Of a DNA stretch of 32,000 nt, positions 26,245 through 32,000 are shown piece after piece. Under the pieces are notes generated by a model. That model was not told the DNA's origin. It saw only the letters and a list, made by a program, of their open reading frames with translations, and did no database searches. The stretch is taken from NCBI GenBank assembly GCA_964648855.1, contig CAZYLT010000012.1:1-32000 (forward strand), read 5' to 3'. The stretch comes from an uncultured archaeon (GTDB lineage Archaea > Asgardarchaeota > Thorarchaeia > Thorarchaeales > Thorarchaeaceae). The stretch's first letter is position 1; the number at the start of each line of letters is the position of its first letter. The translations under genes and the position numbers were made by a program.

Positions 26245-27035
26245 CTCTTTTCCTCCTTGGGGTCTGCGAAACCAACCGCTTGCTTTTCTAAGTGCTCAAT
26301 AATTCTTTCGATAACAGTCTCTAGATTCTCCCTGTTATCAAAAGCCTCGATCATTGCATCTAGTTTCTCTTCTGGTTCTTCTGACAAGCTACGGGCACGT
26401 TCAACCATCATTGGCATCGCCCGAACTATGTTATCAACGATAGTAATGTCCGAATAGATGGCAGTTCGACTCATAGGATTCAGATCAATTGTGACCACAA
26501 ACTTGCCAACTCGTTTTAGAGCCTCCGTGCGGTCACCATCTTCGAGTGGAACCAATACTAGGTCCGCAGAACCAATTCCATCGGGGTCGACCTTTCGCCT
26601 ATTGCTGCTTAACTCAGGAATAGTTTCAGAGGGGCGGTTAACTGTGCCAAGAACACCTTTCGCTCCTGCATCCGTTAAAGCCTTCAGAATAGCATCCTCT
26701 CTTTCCTTTCTGTAGTAGAAGAGGTTGATTTCTAGTGGGGCTCCACAAATCTCGGATAACTCCACAAGCTCTTCTGGTACCAGAGAGCAAACATTACCAT
26801 TAACGCTAATCACTGGATGGTCCGCTAAAAGCATGGATGCCACAGCTGCATCGATGGCCTTCATGGCTTGGTCATTGGTATTCTCGCCAATTAGATAATC
26901 AAACGCTTCTCCGCGTCCATGTGCCAGTAGGCCTGCAGTAGCTACAATATTATCTTGATGCCCTTCAATTATTCTCTCACGCGTTTCTAGAGATACTCGT
27001 CGGGGGTGATCGGATGGGATCTCTATCTTTGTCAA
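26241..27035 (-). CDS. pps: Phosphopantothenate synthetase (4-phosphopantoate--beta-alanine ligase)
   Basis: IPSDHPR..SL..RE, AHGRGEAFDYLIGE, PVISVNGN, EINLFY, VPLEDGDRTEAL, IDLNPMSRT, DNIVRA. TTG start at 27035 overlaps the PoK stop. Confidence 0.93.
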   Translation of the reverse strand: MTKIEIPSDHPRRVSLETRERIIEGHQDNIVATAGLLAHGRGEAFDYLIGENTNDQAMKAIDAAVASMLLADHPVISVNGNVCSLVPEELVELSEICGAPLEINLFYYRKEREDAILKALTDAGAKGVLGTVNRPSETIPELSSNRRKVDPDGIGSADLVLVPLEDGDRTEALKRVGKFVVTIDLNPMSRTAIYSDITIVDNIVRAMPMMVERARSLSEEPEEKLDAMIEAFDNRENLETVIERIIEHLEKQAVGFADPKEEKR

Positions 27036-27988
27036 TGCAGTAAACCTCCTCCCCTGTTGGCAATTGTTGTCACAAGTGTTTCCTCTGGCATCCAATAATC
27101 AGTCAGTATATTACGGGCTCTATCCACGTCATTGTGCGAACATAGACAAAACAGCGAATCTCCTAGCATCACCATGCTAGAATTCTTCAGATTGGCACTA
27201 TCTAATTCTGACAAAGCTGCTTCTGTTCTTTCGCTCATAAGCCCTGTGAAATGGGCGAAATCTCTTGAAGCCCTGATAAATTGTTCACAGGTGGGGTCAT
27301 CTCGCATGTCATCAACTAGCTGGCTCCCTCGTTCGTTGATCCGGTGTCTATACTCTTTATCATTTAGCACCGTTTTAGTTTCTAGACCACCTGAACCAGC
27401 CAAGACAACAGTGAAGGGCGACTCGCATCGGAAGGGATTAATCTCTCCAATCCCAGGCGCACCAGGTCGTACCCGGATTTCCATCCCGCCAGTGAATTGA
27501 GCAATAACATCACCAAGGCCACCTTGCTTTGCAACCTCAGCATAGTGAGCATATTGCGCAGCAACTTCTGGTGTCATTTCAGAATCTAGGATGTAGTTCA
27601 TAGCGAGGGCGGTACCCAATGCACCAGCACCTGATGCACCGTATCCGACGCCTATGGGTAGCTCTGATTTGTGCTCTACCGTAGCTGAGATTCTTTTTCC
27701 GTATACTTCTGACACTTGTTCAACCACCATTTCTGTGATTTCTGCCTCTATGCGCTTGCCATTGTATGTAACTAATACCTCATGTTCATCTTGTTCTATT
27801 AGTTGGATAGTGGTGACGGTTCCCGCGGTGATACAAAATCCTGCACCGGTTGAACCTCTCTTCAAGAGATTGCTACTGGTATCATGGATTCTGAAAAATC
27901 CGGTGATGTGCCCAGGAACAAATGCTGTTGCAGTTCCAACTAAAGGTATCAATGTTTCCGTCAACTCATCCTGAACTAGGCCGTTCAT
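27032..27988 (-). CDS. pok: Pantoate kinase (GHMP family)
   Basis: AFVPGHITGFF, GSTGAG, LPIGVGYGASGAGAL, AH.AEV...GLGDV, PGAPG, MVMLGDSLF. Start may be TTG 27964. Confidence 0.93.
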   Translation of the reverse strand: MNGLVQDELTETLIPLVGTATAFVPGHITGFFRIHDTSSNLLKRGSTGAGFCITAGTVTTIQLIEQDEHEVLVTYNGKRIEAEITEMVVEQVSEVYGKRISATVEHKSELPIGVGYGASGAGALGTALAMNYILDSEMTPEVAAQYAHYAEVAKQGGLGDVIAQFTGGMEIRVRPGAPGIGEINPFRCESPFTVVLAGSGGLETKTVLNDKEYRHRINERGSQLVDDMRDDPTCEQFIRASRDFAHFTGLMSERTEAALSELDSANLKNSSMVMLGDSLFCLCSHNDVDRARNILTDYWMPEETLVTTIANRGGGLLH

Positions 27989-28067
27989 AAAGATATGTAT
28001 ACGATTTTATCAACATGGATATACGCCTCTATAATGTATATACAAAGCCCTCTTTAACAGTGGGTCG

Positions 28068-28928
28068 TCAATCTTCGTCCTTTCCCAGAGGAACAAGACT
28101 GGTGTATTGCTTTACGCGAGGGTCATCGTATGGTGGGGGGGCAGGATACGCCCATCGAGCATCGATATCGCGTCCGCTCAAGTCCCATACTTTGAAGCTG
28201 CCCGAAGACCACGTCAGTGGACTGAAGCCAAGAAGCAGAGTCTGGGTCCGCCAACTGGTGACCACCATATGTCGGTTCATTCCTGCAGTTGGCACAACCA
28301 AGAATGCATTAGAGAGTTCCATCAGAAGAGATGTGCTGATTCTATAGAAAAAGCTGTACGTCTTTCTGTGTTCTTCGCTGCCCTGCTGTCTCAAGTCACT
28401 AAGGTATCGATGAATGGTCTGATCGTGAACATCACCGTCCATGACATCAGAGAGATCCTCCACATCGACAGTGATGGCGGTCTCGAAGTAATATGCAAGG
28501 GGGAACTCGGTGATATGAAAGATGGCGAATTTGTCTTTGGTGATGGTCTCGTATAACTTCTGGAAAATGCTCTGTTTTGAGAAGAGCATATTGGGGTCCA
28601 TCTTCGCTGGTTCGAAATTATCCGCCTCTTCCGAGATGGTCAGTCGGAATAAGTCATCCAGCATGTCGCCATCATATCCAAAGTGTATCATATGATATGG
28701 CAACTCGTTGGAGTCCTCATCCATCCTGTTCGATGATACGAGGAATTCATTGAAGTCGCGCTTGAAGATGTCAACCTCATTGTCACCGTCTACAACAAAT
28801 AATGACTGTGATGGAGTGCCAAAATCCGAGATTACTTTCTCATAGGCATCAAATCGTGCCTTCTTCTCTTTCCTCAAGGTTAGCATTTGCCTCCTCGCGG
28901 ATAAGAAATTCTGGACACGTCCTTTCAC
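28068..28928 (-). CDS. Hypothetical protein
   Basis: 286-aa ORF with globular-protein composition and AGGT upstream of the GTG. No family recognised. Confidence 0.65.
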   Translation of the reverse strand: MKGRVQNFLSARRQMLTLRKEKKARFDAYEKVISDFGTPSQSLFVVDGDNEVDIFKRDFNEFLVSSNRMDEDSNELPYHMIHFGYDGDMLDDLFRLTISEEADNFEPAKMDPNMLFSKQSIFQKLYETITKDKFAIFHITEFPLAYYFETAITVDVEDLSDVMDGDVHDQTIHRYLSDLRQQGSEEHRKTYSFFYRISTSLLMELSNAFLVVPTAGMNRHMVVTSWRTQTLLLGFSPLTWSSGSFKVWDLSGRDIDARWAYPAPPPYDDPRVKQYTSLVPLGKDED

Positions 28929-29245
28929 ACCTGCTCTAGATTTCAGACTTTGTAGTTAGTTCATTGTTCGTTGTTGCCCTTTGTTGTTGCGACGCTGTAG
29001 CCGACGGCGAAACCACTAGGGCGTGCGGTGTCGGTGGGAAGGCTGAATGATTATGCAACATATATTCTTTGCCCACCAACACATTCCCATCCATTCTAAC
29101 GAAAATTTCACTGAAAATTTCAAAATGAAACATCACATCAGCCAAATTTTTGTGTAAAGAACCAAATTGACGTTACAAGAACCAGAATCCACATTCGAAT
29201 AGATTAAGAATGAACACGTAATCGTTAAAATTGGATGAATCGGCC

Positions 29246-30478
29246 ATGCAACACACATCAAAACTAATTATAGGAAGTCACAGCAATCTTCTGTCAGGTA
29301 AATCCATTGCACTATGTGTAACTGGAAGCGTGGCAGCTGTTGAAACCGTGCATTTGGCAAGAAGGTTGATGCGGCATGGCGCGGAAGTATATTGTGTCAT
29401 GAGTAACTCCAGTCAACAGATAATTCATCCCCATCTTTTGGAGTGGGCAACCGGAAACTCAGTGGTGACAGAACTCACAGGACAGATTGAGCATGTCACC
29501 TTGGCAGGAAAACACTCAGGCCGGGTTGACCTTATTCTAATTGCACCGGCTACTGCGAATACCATAGGCAAGATTGCCAATGGAATAGATGATACCCCCG
29601 TGACTACAACCGTGTCCTCGGGCATCGGAGCACATATTCCAGTCGTTGTCGTTCCTGCCATGCATGAGAGCATGTATGACCATCCAGCAGTGAATGAGAA
29701 TATCAAGAAGCTGAAGATGATTGGAGTCACAGTGATGACCCCAAGGATAGAGGAGGCTAAGGCGAAGATACCCAGTGTTGATGCCATTGTATCTCAGGTG
29801 ATCAGTTTGCTCGGGCCTAGAGACTTGGTTGGAAAGCAATTCCTAGTAAGCGCAGGACCTACTCGCGGCTGGTTAGACAAGGTCCGGTTCATTACAAACC
29901 CATCTACTGGAAAGATGGGAATTGCTCTTGCCGAAGAAATTATCTCTCGTGGTGGAAATGTTACGGTTGTTCTAGGGCCCACGGGAGAAAGACCGCCAGA
30001 TAATGCTGAAGTCATTAAAGTGGACACATCTGAAGAAATGCAGGAAGCAATTCTTGACAAAATAAAGACAAACACGGTTGATGCATTCATCTCTGCGGCT
30101 GCAGTGTTGGACTATATACCATCGAGGAAGGAAGACCGGAAACGCCCATCTGGAAAACCCTATACTATTGAGTTAGTACCCACCGCTAAAATAATAGAGG
30201 AGGCTCGTAAACTGGAAAGCGACCTTTTCATTGTGGGATTCAAGGTAGAGTCAGGAGTTTCAGATAAGGAACTGGTGGCCAGAGGAAAAGAAAAAATCGA
30301 GGCAGGCATTTGTGATATGGTGGTTGCCAACGATGCAGCCCGAGAAGGAGTCGCCTTTGGGACGGATACAAATCAGGTTATCATAATTGGTAAAGAGGAC
30401 ATTCAGACGAAGATACCCTTATCATCAAAACGCGAAATAGCAGGCGCTATTGTAGATGCAATGCTTGAACTGCTTTAA
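29246..30478 (+). CDS. coaBC: Bifunctional phosphopantothenoylcysteine decarboxylase/synthetase
   Basis: TGSVAA, EHV, APATANTIGK.A.GI.D, PAMH..MY, AGPTR..LD.VRFITN.STGKMG, AAAV.DY, VGFK.E, VAND, SKRE.A. Confidence 0.95.
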   Translation: MQHTSKLIIGSHSNLLSGKSIALCVTGSVAAVETVHLARRLMRHGAEVYCVMSNSSQQIIHPHLLEWATGNSVVTELTGQIEHVTLAGKHSGRVDLILIAPATANTIGKIANGIDDTPVTTTVSSGIGAHIPVVVVPAMHESMYDHPAVNENIKKLKMIGVTVMTPRIEEAKAKIPSVDAIVSQVISLLGPRDLVGKQFLVSAGPTRGWLDKVRFITNPSTGKMGIALAEEIISRGGNVTVVLGPTGERPPDNAEVIKVDTSEEMQEAILDKIKTNTVDAFISAAAVLDYIPSRKEDRKRPSGKPYTIELVPTAKIIEEARKLESDLFIVGFKVESGVSDKELVARGKEKIEAGICDMVVANDAAREGVAFGTDTNQVIIIGKEDIQTKIPLSSKREIAGAIVDAMLELL

Positions 30479-30512
30479 ATCCCTTAACCAGTAATGAGGG
30501 TCAACGCGCGGT

Positions 30513-30878
30513 CTAAAGTACATCCAATAGTTTGTCTGACATTCTCTTCATGTCAACAAAGATTAAGCCAAGCTGTGCGTCTGCCTTTGCAAGAACCAAT
30601 AGAAGGGCACTTTCCCCGACAGAGGTCATTAGTGTGTAGCCTTTGTCACCCTTCACATAAATCTCCAAGAGGTTACCCCTATCTAGCTCATTAGTCGCCT
30701 TCTCTCCTAAAGATAGCATTGCGGCACTTATTGCAGCCACTCTCTCCTGCTCACTCTCAGGAAGTGCGGAAGATATCATCAGTCCATCCAGCGACACCAG
30801 CGCAGCTCCTTCAACTCCTGGCACTGTTTCAAAATCTTTAATAGCGGCATTTATTTTATCAACACGGCTTGACATCAT
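30513..30878 (-). CDS. Roadblock/LC7 domain protein (MglB-like)
   Basis: VEGAALVSLDGLMISSAL, ERVAAISAAMLSLGEK, IYVKGDKGY, LLVLA...AQLGLI. GAGGT SD upstream. Confidence 0.92.
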   Translation of the reverse strand: MMSSRVDKINAAIKDFETVPGVEGAALVSLDGLMISSALPESEQERVAAISAAMLSLGEKATNELDRGNLLEIYVKGDKGYTLMTSVGESALLLVLAKADAQLGLIFVDMKRMSDKLLDVL

Positions 30879-30979
30879 ATTACCTCAGTTTTGCCTTATA
30901 ACAAGCATTCCGTCTAGTTATCTATTGAATGTTGTTATGCTATTGCACGAATTCTCCCCCAAAATTGCGCATTCTACAT

Positions 30980-31999
30980 TCATACCCCAAAGAATTCCTT
31001 TGGGTCGAACTTCTCATCTTCTTCCTTTTGCCTACGCTCTTGCTCCTCTTCTTCCTTGTTCAGGCGGTCTTTCTCGTCCCGAGTCAGTTTTCTCCACCCA
31101 TCCGAGCTCTGATCCTTTTTGTATTTCAGAATGGGTTCCCCTTTTCTTCGCTTTCGATACACCCAGATAGCAATCCCTGCCACGATAATTCCAGCAAATG
31201 CAAATATTATGGGCCATGGCAAAGGCCGAATAAACATGAAGTCGAGCATAGTTGCGTCAAGCGTATCCATACCATCTAGCGCGGCATGAATCTGAAAGTC
31301 GTACATACCTGTTCTAGAGGAAGTCCAGTTCTCGCTAAGAATGATTGAGTAATATCCACCACCGGATTCGGTCATTGCTACTGCTGATGAGTTTATCCAG
31401 GATTGCACTTCAGCACCCTCTACTGGGTGTCCTGTTCTGTCAACAAGCTCAATTTCAATAGTCACTCGGTCTCCAGACCAAATTATTTCTTGATTCTTAC
31501 TTATGCTCCCAATCACAATAGATGGTTGCCAATTCCAATTGACTGCGTTTTCGATAATTTGACTTCTTGATGGTCCCTGCTCATCTACAGTAGTTATTGC
31601 GATTTTGCCCAAACCATGCAGTCCAGCCAATATAACCGGATGCATGTCAGCAGTTGCTAATATGGATAAATTGTGAGAATGTTCAGTGAAGACACCTGTG
31701 TACTGGATATCGGTGCCAATCTCATTTGGAATACTTACGAGGGGATGTCCTGCATCATCTATTTCTATCTCTGAGCCACTATTGTCGCTCCCATATGAAG
31801 CAAGACCAGGCAACCAAGGATATTCACCATTGAATCCTAGAACCACGAGTGTTCCACCTCTGCTGACGTAGTCTTTCAGAAGATTAACTCTACTTGAGAA
31901 GAAGCTATCAATGATGTCAAGAACATTGGGCTCGATAATTATGGAGGAGAACAAACCAAAGACGTTCAAAGAATCAGAAAGGTTTGATTCGGTGTAGAA
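30980..31999 (-). CDS. Membrane-anchored extracellular protein, 5'-truncated by window edge
   Basis: Frame is open to the window end. 'LKDYVSRGGTLVV' (class I GATase-like/DUF4350 fold), Ig-like segment, TM helix (WPIIFAFAGIIVAGIAIWVY), then RKRRK and a charged cytoplasmic tail. Confidence 0.7.
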   Translation of the reverse strand, partial: FYTESNLSDSLNVFGLFSSIIIEPNVLDIIDSFFSSRVNLLKDYVSRGGTLVVLGFNGEYPWLPGLASYGSDNSGSEIEIDDAGHPLVSIPNEIGTDIQYTGVFTEHSHNLSILATADMHPVILAGLHGLGKIAITTVDEQGPSRSQIIENAVNWNWQPSIVIGSISKNQEIIWSGDRVTIEIELVDRTGHPVEGAEVQSWINSSAVAMTESGGGYYSIILSENWTSSRTGMYDFQIHAALDGMDTLDATMLDFMFIRPLPWPIIFAFAGIIVAGIAIWVYRKRRKGEPILKYKKDQSSDGWRKLTRDEKDRLNKEEEEQERRQKEEDEKFDPKEFFGV

Positions 32000-32000
32000 A

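Noticed and set aside
29000-29040. Resemblance to the ZTP riboswitch (GACGGCGAAA...CCAC)
   Set aside because: It lacks the downstream GCCUGGGC hairpin and the gene context is not purine or folate related.
28936-29145. 69-aa ORF between the hypothetical gene and coaBC
   Set aside because: It spans divergent promoter DNA and low-complexity CAA repeats, has a TTG start without SD, and has no protein-like features.
29740-29775. CoaC lacking the bacterial LACG cysteine clamp (reads PRIEEAKAK)
   Set aside because: This variant is typical of archaeal CoaBC proteins and is not evidence of inactivation.
1-32000. Numerous 60-165 aa antisense or alternate-frame ORFs; CRISPR arrays; IS or integrase elements
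   Set aside because: The short ORFs are shadows of well-supported genes. No repeat-spacer array, transposase, integrase or tRNA-end duplication was seen.

Overview
Archaeal chromosomal segment, most consistent with an Asgard archaeon (Thorarchaeia/Lokiarchaeia-like). This is inferred from a divergent EF-2 paralogue, a longin+V4R fusion, an MglA-like GTPase, a roadblock/LC7 protein and an intron-containing tRNA. It carries housekeeping and metabolic genes: ileS, an aEF-2 paralogue, tRNA-Gln(CTG) with a 34-nt BHB intron, tetraether lipid synthase (Tes/GDGT-MAS), a polyprenyl diphosphate synthase, the archaeal CoA cluster (PoK-PPS-panE and coaBC), a GH3 glucosidase, an M20 peptidase, and PhzF-like, creatininase-like, class V PLP, MBL-hydrolase and methyltransferase genes, plus C-terminally anchored surface proteins. 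No CRISPR array or mobile element is evident. The most interesting unexplained elements are (1) a compact operon of two paralogous 3-TM proteins plus a longin-V4R (TRAPP-like) fusion, and (2) several structured intergenic RNA candidates. The strongest of these is a multi-branched ileS leader with an alternative Shine-Dalgarno-sequestering pairing; another is a two-hairpin leader on the EF-2 paralogue. All calls come from reading motifs by eye; no searches or folding programs were run.
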